Below, in pieces: positions 37,613-47,736 of a stretch of 64,000 bases of DNA (position 1 is the stretch's first letter; every line of letters begins with the position of its first letter). The stretch is from Candidatus Udaeobacter sp. (GTDB lineage: Bacteria; Verrucomicrobiota; Verrucomicrobiia; Chthoniobacterales; UBA10450). Below the pieces are notes generated by a model. The model made no database searches. It was not told the origin of the DNA and saw only the letters and a list, made by a program, of their open reading frames with translations. A program made the position numbers and the translations under genes. Where the stretch lies: the NCBI GenBank assembly GCA_035315785.1, contig DATFXP010000018.1, positions 576 to 64,575 of the forward strand, read 5' to 3'.

Positions 37613-39787
37613 CTACGGATTTCGGAGTTTCGCTTCGCTTTCAGCAAGTCCTTTCCGCGCCTCAGCGAGATTCGGATCGAGCGCTAATGCCTCTTTGAAA
37701 GCAGCGATGGCGCGCTCGTGCTGGTTGAACAAGGCAAGGTACCTCCCACGATTCGTCAACATTCTCGAATATGCCGGCAAAATCTTGCCGTTAATGACAT
37801 CATCCTTCTCAAACCGCACCGTCCCATCAACCAATCCGCGCATTTGCAGCTGCGAGTCAGGGACCTCATGAAAGCTTTGATCAGTAGCGAGATTGAAAAC
37901 CAACCCTTGCGGGACAAGCTGAAAAGTTTGCGGAATCCATTGGGTCAAGTACCCGTTCGTTTGATTGGGCACGAGCAAATCATTTGTGATGTAAACCGGA
38001 CCGACTTTGATTTCATTCCTGACCATTGCCTGAATCACGTCCAGGAATGCCATGCTAATCCTTCGAGTAAGCTCCTGATTCCGGGTAAAAGAGCCCGGAT
38101 CTTGCTCCCATTGCTTCAGGTGCGCCACATACGGATCGATCTTCTCTCTCGACCGCTCCATCAAACCGGGATGTGCCTGGTTCAGATAATCGAAATACCA
38201 TGAGCGGCGCAGCAGATTAATGTCGACCACCTTCACATCGCGACGGCGTTGTTCTATTTCTTGTGCATAGAACATCGGGGACGCAACCTGCCAGTCTTGC
38301 GTCAGCAGCAGTCCATCAGGTGCGATGGTGCTGAACAGATTCTCAACGTAATCATGTGCAATGAAGTCATGCCTGCGATTGTTGAACGGCCAATTCGCGG
38401 CGAAAGCTGTAGCCGAAGTCAGGACAATGGCCGTCAGAGCAGCCAAATACGGTGTCCAAATTGGCGAATGTTTTGAAGCAGCACGTTGAATCAGCCAGCG
38501 AACACCTAGCCCAGCCGAAATCGCGATCGAAATGAATGCCGGTAAATAGTATGCGTCCTTGTCCTCAGCAATTTCGTAACTCAGCGAGTAAGCCAGGTCG
38601 GCGAGGACAATCAACAGCAGAAACCAAAAAGCTGTGCGATCCCGCTTGTAGGCGCTCGCGAGCCCCGCCACCGCCAAAAACACCGTCAAAGGCAGCCATG
38701 GAAAGCCAAACTCACGCAAGGCCATTCGACAAAACTCAACAAACTGCGGTCCCATGGTCGACGGCGAAAAAGAAAAGAACACGCGATACTGCCGGCCGGT
38801 GATATGCCACCAAATTTCCTGGAGCGATCGCGTATTCCCCCAGTTCATCGCAGGCGAGCGTGACGCCGCCCAAGGCAAATAACTGTAAACAAGGATCAAC
38901 GCACCAATCGAAATCAGCGCAGAATATAAAAGGCGACGGCTGGTGAAGAACTTCAGACCCTCAGTTCTGAAAACGACGACGGCGATCGCCGGAAGAGTTA
39001 ACGCGACAGTCACGTGATGAACACCCATCGCGAGGCCGAATACAAAGGCGGCGGCATGAATCCATGTGTCATGTGTTGCTACTGCACCGCTGGAATTCGT
39101 TCGCGTTTCAATGATACGCCGTCGCCACCGAACGATCAAAAAAAAGATCAGCAGGATTAACAGCGCGTTAAGAGCATAAACCTCGGTGATCGTCGCGTAT
39201 GCCCAGAGCGTACGGGAAAACGCCATCAGCAATCCCGCGCCGACTGCAGGCGCGAATATCAAGAGCCGCGCGTTTGATTTCTCAATGTTGCTTTCCTGCC
39301 GAGTAGCCTTGTTCCTTCGTCGAGGTGCGGCAAAGGAAGAAGCCGTAATGAGTAATTCGGCGACGACAAGAGTAAGCATTGCGCACGTAAGCGCAGCGAA
39401 AACAGCGGACGAAAAATTGATTCGCACCGCAACATTTCCGACCGGGACAAGCGACGCGATATGCGTGAGCATGATCCATAGCGGAACACCCGGCGGATGC
39501 GCCACTCCCAGCCCGTATGCTGCCAAAATTAACTCGCCGCTATCGGTAGGAGTAACCGTGGGGGCAAGCGTCCGACTGTATACAACCAGCGCCACAAGAA
39601 ACACCGCAGCCGCGCAAAGCAGTTCCGCCTGGGACCCTGATGTCGTCTTTGCATTCGTCTCTCGGGCAGGCTTTACTTCGCGAGACATCTGTTTTTGAGA
39701 TTGCACGCCTTTCGTGACGCCACGAGCCATGGCGTATCGTGTCGCAAAGTTCAGTTCGCGCAAACTGTGAAAGCGATGTGAAGACAC
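37613..39787 (-). CDS. DUF2723 (GT117-like) membrane glycosyltransferase with C-terminal TPR
   Basis: TPTDSGELILAAYGLGVAHPPGVPLW motif, many TM segments, and a TPR-like C-terminus. The start is uncertain (alternatives at 39730 and 39688). Confidence 0.7.
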   Translation of the reverse strand: MSSHRFHSLRELNFATRYAMARGVTKGVQSQKQMSREVKPARETNAKTTSGSQAELLCAAAVFLVALVVYSRTLAPTVTPTDSGELILAAYGLGVAHPPGVPLWIMLTHIASLVPVGNVAVRINFSSAVFAALTCAMLTLVVAELLITASSFAAPRRRNKATRQESNIEKSNARLLIFAPAVGAGLLMAFSRTLWAYATITEVYALNALLILLIFFLIVRWRRRIIETRTNSSGAVATHDTWIHAAAFVFGLAMGVHHVTVALTLPAIAVVVFRTEGLKFFTSRRLLYSALISIGALILVYSYLPWAASRSPAMNWGNTRSLQEIWWHITGRQYRVFFSFSPSTMGPQFVEFCRMALREFGFPWLPLTVFLAVAGLASAYKRDRTAFWFLLLIVLADLAYSLSYEIAEDKDAYYLPAFISIAISAGLGVRWLIQRAASKHSPIWTPYLAALTAIVLTSATAFAANWPFNNRRHDFIAHDYVENLFSTIAPDGLLLTQDWQVASPMFYAQEIEQRRRDVKVVDINLLRRSWYFDYLNQAHPGLMERSREKIDPYVAHLKQWEQDPGSFTRNQELTRRISMAFLDVIQAMVRNEIKVGPVYITNDLLVPNQTNGYLTQWIPQTFQLVPQGLVFNLATDQSFHEVPDSQLQMRGLVDGTVRFEKDDVINGKILPAYSRMLTNRGRYLALFNQHERAIAAFKEALALDPNLAEARKGLAESEAKLRNP

Positions 39788-39852
39788 GTCGCTCGTTCGC
39801 TACGAGAAAGAACCCTTGTTTCGCTGTTGTAGTTCATCTTCAATACCGCGAC

Positions 39853-41667
39853 ATGAAACGACCGCTTTCGGTTGCAGTGCTCTCTGCACTCTTTGCGACA
39901 AATATCATCGCGCAATCGCCAATTCCGGCGCCATCGCCCGCGCAACCACCTTCGGACTACGACTTGCGCTGGGGTGTTAAGATTCCGATGCGCGACAAAG
40001 TCGAACTGAACGCGACGTTGTATTTGCCAAAGACTCCAGTCGGCTCGCTGCCGAAGACACCGGTAATCTTTACACTGACACCGTACATCTCGGACACGTA
40101 CCATGCGCGCGGCGCCTACTTCGCGTCACACGGTTATGTGTTCGCGCTCGTCGACGTTCGCGGCCGCGGCAATTCCGGAGGCGAGTTCGAGCCGTTCGCA
40201 AATGAACCGCGAGACGGACACGACGTGGTTGAGTGGCTGGCGGCGCAACCATTTTGCGACGGCAAAGTGGCCATGTGGGGCGGTTCGTATGCAGGCTTCG
40301 ACCAATGGGCAACGGCGAAGGAATTTCCGCCGCATCTCGCGACAATCGTTCCCGCGGCAGCCGCGCATCCCGGCCTAGATTTTCCATCCTCCAACAACAT
40401 CGGGATGTCTTACGACGTGCAATGGTTCACGCTTACGAGCGGTCACACCGCGCAGAATAATTTGTTTGGCGACCAAAAATTCTGGCGCACAAAATTCTTG
40501 GATGCCTACAAGCAGCATCTCCCTTTCAAATCGCTCGATTCACTCGTGGGAAATCCATCGGTTAATTTCCAGCGCATACTCAAGCACCCGACAGCCGATG
40601 CTTACTACGACGCGATGCTGCCCACGCGTGAGCAGCTTCAAAAAATCGCGGCGCCGATTCTAACGATTACAGGTCAGTACGACGGCGACGAGCTGGGGGC
40701 CCTCACGTATTACCGGGATCATCTGGCAAACGGCTCGCCTCAAGCGCGCGCCAAACATTTTCTCGTCATCGGACCGTGGGATCACGCGGGCACGCGCACG
40801 CCTACGGCCGAAGTCGCCGGGGTAAAATTTGGATCTGGAGCGATCGTCGATCTAAACGATCTACACCGCCAATGGTACGACTGGACCATGAAAGCCGGAT
40901 CGAAACCGGCGTTCCTCAAAAATCAGGTCGCGTATTATTTGCTGGCTCCCGGCAACTCCGGCGCGAATGGCGAATGGAAATACGTCGACAACTTTGAGAC
41001 GCTGACTGCGAATCCAAAAACCTTCTACCTCGATTCGAAGAACGGCGATGCAAACGGTGTCTTCCGCTCCGGCTCGCTGAACGAGAAGCAGCCAGACACT
41101 GGCACTGATGCTTTTGTTTACGATCCAATGGATCTACGGCGCGGCGAAAACGTGGAGGGGACCGATCCCAAAGAAAAAACCGCTGCAATCGACCAGACGT
41201 TTGCATTGAGTATCGGCAAGGACGGATTGGTTTATCACACCGATCCGCTACCGAACGAAACTCCGTTGGTCGGTTGTCCGGCTGTCAACCTGTGGCTATC
41301 GATCGACACACCGGATGTCGATCTCGAATGTGATCTTTACGAGATCCAGCCAGACGGCACGAGCATCGCGCTCTGGACCGATCTGCGCAGACTGCGCTAC
41401 CGCGAATCATTGCGTGAAGCGAAACTCGTAAAGCCAGGTGAAATCGTGCGCTGCGATTTTAGTCCGGGCTTGTTCGTAGCACGTCGCTTGATGAAAGGCA
41501 GCCATCTGCGCCTGGTCGTTACCGCGGTGAATTCAATTTTGTGGCAGAAGAATTATTGCACGGGCGGTGTGGTTGCCGAAGAAACAGCGAAAGACGCGCA
41601 CACTTGCAACGTGCAGGCATATCACGATGCTGAGCACGCAAGCGCAATTCAACTCCCGTTGCGCTGA
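39853..41667 (+). CDS. CocE/NonD-family (S15) hydrolase, secreted
   Basis: Signal peptide MKRPLSVAVLSALFATNIIAQ, VDVRGRGNSGG, and the MWGGSYAGF nucleophile motif. Confidence 0.75.
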   Translation: MKRPLSVAVLSALFATNIIAQSPIPAPSPAQPPSDYDLRWGVKIPMRDKVELNATLYLPKTPVGSLPKTPVIFTLTPYISDTYHARGAYFASHGYVFALVDVRGRGNSGGEFEPFANEPRDGHDVVEWLAAQPFCDGKVAMWGGSYAGFDQWATAKEFPPHLATIVPAAAAHPGLDFPSSNNIGMSYDVQWFTLTSGHTAQNNLFGDQKFWRTKFLDAYKQHLPFKSLDSLVGNPSVNFQRILKHPTADAYYDAMLPTREQLQKIAAPILTITGQYDGDELGALTYYRDHLANGSPQARAKHFLVIGPWDHAGTRTPTAEVAGVKFGSGAIVDLNDLHRQWYDWTMKAGSKPAFLKNQVAYYLLAPGNSGANGEWKYVDNFETLTANPKTFYLDSKNGDANGVFRSGSLNEKQPDTGTDAFVYDPMDLRRGENVEGTDPKEKTAAIDQTFALSIGKDGLVYHTDPLPNETPLVGCPAVNLWLSIDTPDVDLECDLYEIQPDGTSIALWTDLRRLRYRESLREAKLVKPGEIVRCDFSPGLFVARRLMKGSHLRLVVTAVNSILWQKNYCTGGVVAEETAKDAHTCNVQAYHDAEHASAIQLPLR

Positions 41668-42674
41668 TGCGTTCGCTTCAAGTTCTTCTAATCGGCGCAG
41701 CGCTTTGCCTTATTGCGACGATTGCCCGCGGCGATTCGGAAATCGTAATCGCAATTCGTTATCTGCAAGCGCAAGGAGCAAGCCATTCGCACCTCTATTT
41801 GTACCGCGAAGATGGAAAACTTTTGCGCCAGTTAACAAAGGACAACTCGGGGCAGGACTCGGCTCCAATATTTTCTCCCGATGGCGAAACGATCGTTTTC
41901 ACCCGGGAAAAACCGAACAACGTGCGCGAATTCTGGAGTGTTACTCCGCGCGGCACGGATTTGAAAAAACTCGATGCAGCGCCGGATTGGTACGCGCGGG
42001 CGAAAAGCTCTCCCTGTTTCAAAAACGTCGAACCACAAAATGCAGGATCGGCAGATGCGACAAGTTCACCCCCGCTGAATCGGCGTCACCGAGCACAACC
42101 CGAGTGCCCACTTACAAATCGCCAGATGGTTCGTTCGAGTTGATTCTGCGTGTAGATCCGAGCGACGAGGACGACCAGATCAATGGCCCCAGGGCGTGGA
42201 AAACATTTTGTGTTACGGGATCTGAAAACCGGGACGGAAACTGAGTTCTCCAAGACTCCCGGATTTTACGGTGCCTTCGAGCTTCTTCACGACAGCCAGG
42301 ATGAAAACCGGCGTTTTCTTTTCGAGGGTCCACTGCGACTCGCATTTTTCGATTTGCACTTGAACAGCACTGATGGCGATACAGTGTTCGCGCTCGATTT
42401 GACCGGGCCACGGCTCGTTAGGCTGTCACCGAACTGGGCGACGCCAATTCCGCTTCCGGGCGAACCCGCCTTTCTGACGTTCGCGGAAAATCGTTACGTT
42501 CCCATCCCCGCGAGCAAAAAGACGGCGAACTGTTCCTATATCGAGCGCTGGGATGAGAAGCTGAACCACATTCGTTACGCGCGCGAAAAACCCGCCGCGC
42601 TCTGTTACGGCATGTCAATGTATCGACCCAGTCTGATGCCTGCGGTGATCACATTGCGCCGAGGCTCGGAGTGA
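41667..42674 (+). pseudogene. TolB/beta-propeller-like secreted protein interrupted by two frameshifts
   Basis: Three consecutive frames carry sensible sequence: signal peptide + DSAPIFSPDGETIVFT, then TYKSPDGSFELILR, then HFVLRDLKTGTETEF... The switches fall at the C5 run 42069-42073 and the C4 run 42187-42190. Confidence 0.5.
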
Positions 42675-42688
42675 AAATCGAACGTGAT

Positions 42689-42807
42689 GTCATTCTGAGC
42701 GAAGCGAAGCTGTCACGCCAGGGCCAGGATTTCAATCCCAGATTACTTTGGACGAATTGCTATTAATACAGACAAACTGAGATGTTTCGGTTCGCTCAAC
42801 ATGACAG
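42689..42807. repeat. Inverted pair of 'GTCATTCTGAGCGAAG'-family repeats
   Basis: gtcattctgagcgaagcgaagc (42689-42710) faces tttcggttcgctcaacatgacag (42785-42807). The second arm creates the apparent N-terminus MFRFAQHDS of the next ORF. Confidence 0.55.
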
Positions 42808-44500
42808 CACTGTATGTGTCGTGAGTTCTCGCAGGTCTCGTCACGTTATTATCCCCCTAATCGGTTGCCTTGCCTTGCTGACAGCCGCCCATGCGGAACC
42901 CGACTCGCTGGAAAAATTGGCGGATGATTTCTGGGTGTGGCGGGCAAAATATGCGCCATTCACACCAGACGACGTCAATCGGATGGAGCGGCCCGGTGGC
43001 ACACGCGATTGGTCGCGGGCGAGCATCGACCAGCGCAGAGAAGATTTGGCCGGATTTGAAGCGCACTGGAAGAAATTAGATCCCGCACAATGGCCGATCC
43101 CAAAGCACGTCGACTACAAATTGATTGGCTCAGCGTTGTCCCGCGTCCGCTGGGAGCTTGAAGTTAATCCGCGCTGGAAACGGGATCCGAATTTTTACAT
43201 CGAGCAAACGCTCACCCCGTTGGCGGAGGCGCTCACCGTGCCAGCCCCGTACAACGAAGCGCGCAGTCGAGAAATTCTCACCCGCACCGAAAACATTCCG
43301 TCGATCCTGAAGCAAGGCTCGGAAAACCTTGAGAACCCACCGGCGCCCTTTGCAACCGTCGCGTCACAGAATCTCGACGGCATTCGCGACCGCTTACGCA
43401 CGATGGCGAGCGCGCTTGTAGGATCGACCACGCTGAAACCACAAGAGTTAAACGCCGCGATCGATCGAGCCGCAGACGCACTCGAAAAATTTCAGCAACA
43501 GCTCAAGGACAAGCTGCCGAAGCTTCCCCAACAAACCGCGCTCGGCCGTGACGTGTATGTCTGGCTTTTACGAAACGTCGCGCTGATGCCCTTCACACCC
43601 GAAGAATTGCTGGGAATGGGACGTCAGGAATGGAATCGCGCGGTCGCATTTGAAGCATACGAAAAAAACCGCAACAAAGATGTGCCGCCGCTAAGAATGG
43701 CGACGGACATCAAGACCTGGATCAAAGATGCGGCTGAAAAGGAACTTCAAATCCGTAAGTTTCTCGAAGAGCGCGGCATTCTCACCGTGCCGAAATGGGT
43801 CCAGCATTACACGCTTCGGCAAACACCGGAATATTTACGCGCGCTTGAATTTACCGAGCACGACGATTTCACGTCGCCATCGCGCTTAAATGAAAATTGC
43901 ATCCGTTACGTGCCTGAGCCGTCGGAAAAGCTTGGCTACTTCTGGCGCGCGACAGCGATGGATCCGCGGCCCATCACCGTCCACGAAGGAATTCCGGGTC
44001 ATTATTTTCAGCTTTGTCTCTCGTGGAAGAACGACGATCCGATCCGGCGACATTACTACGATTCCGGTGCCAATGAGGGGATCGGCTTTTACGCCGAGGA
44101 AATGATGTTGCAAGCCGGCTTGTTCGATGACAGCCCGCACACTCGCGAGATCATTTACAATTTTATGCGGCTTCGCGCGCTCCGCGTAGAAGCGGATGTG
44201 AAACTCGCGTTGGGCGAATTCACGCTCGAGGAAGCTGCAAAATATCTCCACGAAAAAGTGCCGATGGATGAACAGACCGCGCGCCAGGAAGCGATCGCTT
44301 TCTCCACCAGCCCCGGCGGAGCTATGACCTATCAGATCGGAAAATTACAAATCCTGAGATTTCTCGCCGACGCGCGTATGCAGCAGGGCGACAGATTCAA
44401 TCTCCGCGCATTCCATGATTTCGTTTGGAAAAACGGCAATGTGCCGATCGAGTTGCAGGAGTGGGAATTTCTCAGCGATGCCGCGAATCCGACGCGATAG
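42782..44500 (+). CDS. DUF885-family protein (secreted)
   Basis: HEGIPGHYFQ and GGAMTYQIGK motifs typical of DUF885. The more likely start is the GTG at 42821, which gives the signal peptide ...IIPLIGCLALLTAAHA. Confidence 0.7.
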   Translation: MFRFAQHDSTVCVVSSRRSRHVIIPLIGCLALLTAAHAEPDSLEKLADDFWVWRAKYAPFTPDDVNRMERPGGTRDWSRASIDQRREDLAGFEAHWKKLDPAQWPIPKHVDYKLIGSALSRVRWELEVNPRWKRDPNFYIEQTLTPLAEALTVPAPYNEARSREILTRTENIPSILKQGSENLENPPAPFATVASQNLDGIRDRLRTMASALVGSTTLKPQELNAAIDRAADALEKFQQQLKDKLPKLPQQTALGRDVYVWLLRNVALMPFTPEELLGMGRQEWNRAVAFEAYEKNRNKDVPPLRMATDIKTWIKDAAEKELQIRKFLEERGILTVPKWVQHYTLRQTPEYLRALEFTEHDDFTSPSRLNENCIRYVPEPSEKLGYFWRATAMDPRPITVHEGIPGHYFQLCLSWKNDDPIRRHYYDSGANEGIGFYAEEMMLQAGLFDDSPHTREIIYNFMRLRALRVEADVKLALGEFTLEEAAKYLHEKVPMDEQTARQEAIAFSTSPGGAMTYQIGKLQILRFLADARMQQGDRFNLRAFHDFVWKNGNVPIELQEWEFLSDAANPTR

Positions 44501-44647
44501 GCAGACAATCGTTGATTGCGCGTTAATGGAGCCGGCGCACCTTCACGCCGCTTTTCCTAGCGCAGCGAGCACCGCGGTTCCAGCGAAGACGAAACCTGAT
44601 GCTACGGCGAGCTCCCGAATTGTGAGATCCACGTAGTCGGGTTGCTC

Positions 44648-45073
44648 TTAATCGACGACTTCGAGGCCCATTTGTCGGGCGGTGCCGGCGATGATTCGGA
44701 AACCGGCTTCGTCGTCGCGCGCGTTGAGGTCTTTGCGCTTAGTGTTCACGATATCCATCACTTGCTTGCGCGTGACTTTGCCGACCTTGGTCTTGTTAGG
44801 CTCTTTGGAACCAGCAGCGATATTGGCGGCTTTCTTGAGCAGAACGGCTGCAGGCGGACTCTTGGTGATGAACGTAAACGACTTGTCTTTGTAAACGGTG
44901 ATTACGACCGGGAGAATGTCGCCAGCTTGTTTCTGCGTCGCAGCGTTAAACTCTTTGCAGAACGCCATGATATTCACGCCGCGTGGACCGAGAGCAGTAC
45001 CCACTGGAGGCGCCGGGTTAGCTTGTCCTGCCGGAATTTGGAGTTTGATATGTGCGATGATTTCTTTGGCCAT
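44648..45073 (-). CDS. rplK: 50S ribosomal protein L11
   Basis: [34 protein letters not shown]. Confidence 0.95.
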   Translation of the reverse strand: MAKEIIAHIKLQIPAGQANPAPPVGTALGPRGVNIMAFCKEFNAATQKQAGDILPVVITVYKDKSFTFITKSPPAAVLLKKAANIAAGSKEPNKTKVGKVTRKQVMDIVNTKRKDLNARDDEAGFRIIAGTARQMGLEVVD

Positions 45074-45081
45074 GGCATTTA

Positions 45082-45159
45082 GACAGAATGAACAGAATCG
45101 ACAAAATGGGTGACTGGCAAATTTCCTGAAAACATTCTGATCATTTTGTTAATTCTGTC
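45082..45159 (-). promoter_or_regulatory. Structured nusG-rplK spacer (long imperfect hairpin with alternative pairings)
   Basis: GACAGAAT/ATTCTGTC, CAAAATG/CATTTTG and duplicated CAGAAT/ATTCTG words lie immediately upstream of the rplK start. Confidence 0.3.
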
Positions 45160-45164
45160 GGGAT

Positions 45165-45734
45165 TTAGCCGCGTTCGACTTGCCAGTATTCCAATTCCAC
45201 CGGCGTGGCGCGACCGAAAATGGTGACTGAAACACGCAACTTGCCACGCTCGGGATCGATCTCTTCAACGACACCGGTCTGATTTTGGAACGGACCGTCG
45301 GCGACCTTCACGGTTTCGCCAACTTCGAAGCTGACTTTCGGTTTCACCTTCTCCTCGCGCTCCTTCATCTGCGCGAGCATGCTTTCCACTTCCGATTGCC
45401 GCATCGGGATAGGTTTGTCCTTGGTTCCGGCAAATCCGATCACGCCGGGTGTGTTGCGGATGAAATACCAGGTGCGCCCGACGAGCTGATTGTTTTCGTC
45501 GAGCAGATTCATGTTAACGATCAAATACCCCGGGAAAAATTTCCGCGTCGTTTCAGTCTTCTTGCCTTTTTTGATTTCCGAGACGCGCTCGGTCGGGAGA
45601 AGCACATCATAAACGAGATCGCCCATTTCCTCGGTCTTGACGCGTTTCAAAATGTTCTCGCGCACTTTGTTTTCCTGACCGGAAAGCACATGCACCACGT
45701 ACCACTGATCTTTCGCTGCGAGCGCTTGTCCCAT
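45165..45734 (-). CDS. nusG: Transcription termination/antitermination factor NusG
   Basis: WYVVHVLSGQENKV NGN start and a KOW region (GETVKVADGPFQNQTGVVEEI). Confidence 0.93.
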   Translation of the reverse strand: MGQALAAKDQWYVVHVLSGQENKVRENILKRVKTEEMGDLVYDVLLPTERVSEIKKGKKTETTRKFFPGYLIVNMNLLDENNQLVGRTWYFIRNTPGVIGFAGTKDKPIPMRQSEVESMLAQMKEREEKVKPKVSFEVGETVKVADGPFQNQTGVVEEIDPERGKLRVSVTIFGRATPVELEYWQVERG

Positions 45735-45817
45735 ACTTTAATTTCGCAGGAGGTAATAGTGGCGCGCGCCTAATCGGTCCGTTCGAGCCATTTTCGCTGC
45801 GAATGTTTGTCCCATAA

Positions 45818-46036
45818 TCAGTGCAATCTGGTGAAGAAGTGCACAACGTTCACGAGGATAAAATCAAACAAGGCCACGTAGCCACCGAGCAATAGCATCG
45901 CGATCACAACCACGATGGTCGAGTCCACCAGTTCCTTGTAGCGACGGAATCCCTTTTCCTTTGGGTCCCATGGCCACGAGCATTTCTGTAGCTCGATCTT
46001 CACCTCGGTGAAGAAGTTTTTGACTTTGGTCATCAT
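45818..46036 (-). CDS. secE: Preprotein translocase subunit SecE
   Basis: Single-TM protein, FFTEVKIELQKCSWP...VVVIAMLLLGGYVALFD, upstream of nusG. The start at 46036/46033 avoids overlapping the tRNA. Confidence 0.8.
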   Translation of the reverse strand: MMTKVKNFFTEVKIELQKCSWPWDPKEKGFRRYKELVDSTIVVVIAMLLLGGYVALFDFILVNVVHFFTRLH

Positions 46037-46062
46037 TGCTTGGCCGCGTAATTCCTTAACCA

Positions 46063-46135
46063 CACGCCAGGAGGGACTCGAACCCCCAACCGACGGTTTT
46101 GGAGACCGCTACTCTACCAATTGAGCTACTGGCGT
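46063..46135 (-). tRNA. tRNA-Trp (anticodon CCA)
   Basis: Cloverleaf folded by hand: acceptor ACGCCAG/CTGGCGT, anticodon loop CTCCAAA, T-arm GGGGG-TTCGAGT-CCCTC. No CCA end is encoded. Confidence 0.9.
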
Positions 46136-46226
46136 ATTTTTAATCTTCCTCTCCCGCTTACTCTTCCTCTTCTTCACCTTCGCCTCAACATTAACCAGAC
46201 GCAGAGGAAGAGGTAGAGGAAGGTTG

Positions 46227-47411
46227 TTAATCCAGAATGTCGCCCACGCGACCCGCGCCGACGGTTTTACCGCCTTCGCGAATCGCGAACCGAATGGTCT
46301 TCTCCATGGCTATCGGCGTGATCAGCTCGACCTCGATCGAGATGTTGTCGCCAGGCATCACCATTTCCACCCCGTCAGGGAGTTTGACCGTGCCAGTCAC
46401 ATCCGTTGTACGGAAATAAAACTGTGGCCGGTAGTTGGTGAAGAATGGAGTGTGACGTCCGCCTTCCTCCTTGCTCAGCACGTAAACTTCAGCCTTGAAT
46501 TTCTTGTGCGGCGTTATAGAGCCGGGCTTGGAAATAACCTGTCCGCGCTCGACCTCCTCCTTCTTGAGACCGCGCAACAGCACGCCAACGTTGTCGCCCG
46601 CGCGCGCTTCATCGAGAAGTTTGCGGAACATCTCGATATCTGTCGCGACCGTTTTCGCCGTTGGACGAATGCCAACCAGCTCAACTTCCTCCATCTTCTT
46701 GAGAATGCCTCTCTCGACACGACCGGTCGCGACGGTGCCGCGGCCTTCAATGTTGAACACGTCTTCGATTGGCATCAGGAACGGCTGATCGACCGGGCGC
46801 TCGGGAACAGGCACGTAGTCATCGACCGCCGCTACCAACGCGAGGACCTGGTTCTCAGAGTCCGCGTCCCCGTTAAGCGCCTTGAGCGCGCTACCTCTGA
46901 CGATCGGAATTTTGTCGCCTGGAAATTCGTACTGCGTCAACAGATCGCGCACTTCCATCTCGACGAGATCGAGAAGCTCGGCGTCGTCCACCATGTCGAC
47001 CTTGTTGAGGAAAACGACGATGGAAGGCACGCCGACCTGCCGCGCCAGCAGGATGTGCTCCCGCGTCTGTGGCATCGGGCCGTCAGCAGCAGAGACAACG
47101 AGAATGGCGCCGTCCATCTGCGCCGCGCCGGTGATCATGTTCTTCACATAGTCAGCGTGACCCGGGCAATCGACGTGGGCGTAGTGACGTTTGTCGCTGG
47201 AATACTCCACGTGCGCCGTGTTGATAGTGATTCCACGCTCTTTTTCCTCCGGCGCATTATCGATCGAGTCGTATTCGCGCACTTCGGCCATGCCCTTTTT
47301 ATTGAGGACCTTCGTGATTGCTGCCGTGAGCGTCGTTTTCCCGTGGTCAACGTGACCGATCGTGCCGACGTTCACGTGCGGCTTGTCGCGTTTAAAAGCT
47401 TCCTTAGCCAT
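46227..47411 (-). CDS. tuf: Elongation factor Tu
   Basis: [18 protein letters not shown] and NKVD GTPase motifs; 394 aa. Confidence 0.97.
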   Translation of the reverse strand: MAKEAFKRDKPHVNVGTIGHVDHGKTTLTAAITKVLNKKGMAEVREYDSIDNAPEEKERGITINTAHVEYSSDKRHYAHVDCPGHADYVKNMITGAAQMDGAILVVSAADGPMPQTREHILLARQVGVPSIVVFLNKVDMVDDAELLDLVEMEVRDLLTQYEFPGDKIPIVRGSALKALNGDADSENQVLALVAAVDDYVPVPERPVDQPFLMPIEDVFNIEGRGTVATGRVERGILKKMEEVELVGIRPTAKTVATDIEMFRKLLDEARAGDNVGVLLRGLKKEEVERGQVISKPGSITPHKKFKAEVYVLSKEEGGRHTPFFTNYRPQFYFRTTDVTGTVKLPDGVEMVMPGDNISIEVELITPIAMEKTIRFAIREGGKTVGAGRVGDILD

Positions 47412-47468
47412 ATCGTTTTTTGTTTACCTCTATAATTTAGATTTTGTTGCCGGTCACAAAGCTCACTG

Positions 47469-47541
<73 letters not shown>

Positions 47542-47736
47542 GGCTGCTTGTCACCCCCCAGCGCCTCCCTTGGAAACCCGGGCGGCGAACCGGCCGTGCC
47601 TTCCACCAGAGAGGCAAAAATCCCAGAGTCGCGTCAAATCTGCATTTGACCGACCATGGGATCGCCTGGTCCGGCAAAAAGCGTCCGCAAACTAACCACG
47701 TGCACCGTAGTGTCAAAGAAATTTTGGGCCGCTACG

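Noticed and set aside
46224-47435. 403-aa ORF on the plus strand covering the whole of tuf
   Set aside because: It is the antisense shadow of the highly conserved EF-Tu gene. The translation is Arg/His/Val-rich with no motifs, as is typical of GC-rich antisense frames.
47542-47736. Possible integration hotspot or integrase next to tRNA-Thr, or additional tRNAs of the usual Thr-Tyr-Gly-Thr cluster
   Set aside because: I found no tRNA-like acceptor/T-arm pairs, no direct repeat of the tRNA 3' end and no integrase ORF. The next gene is an ordinary TPR protein.
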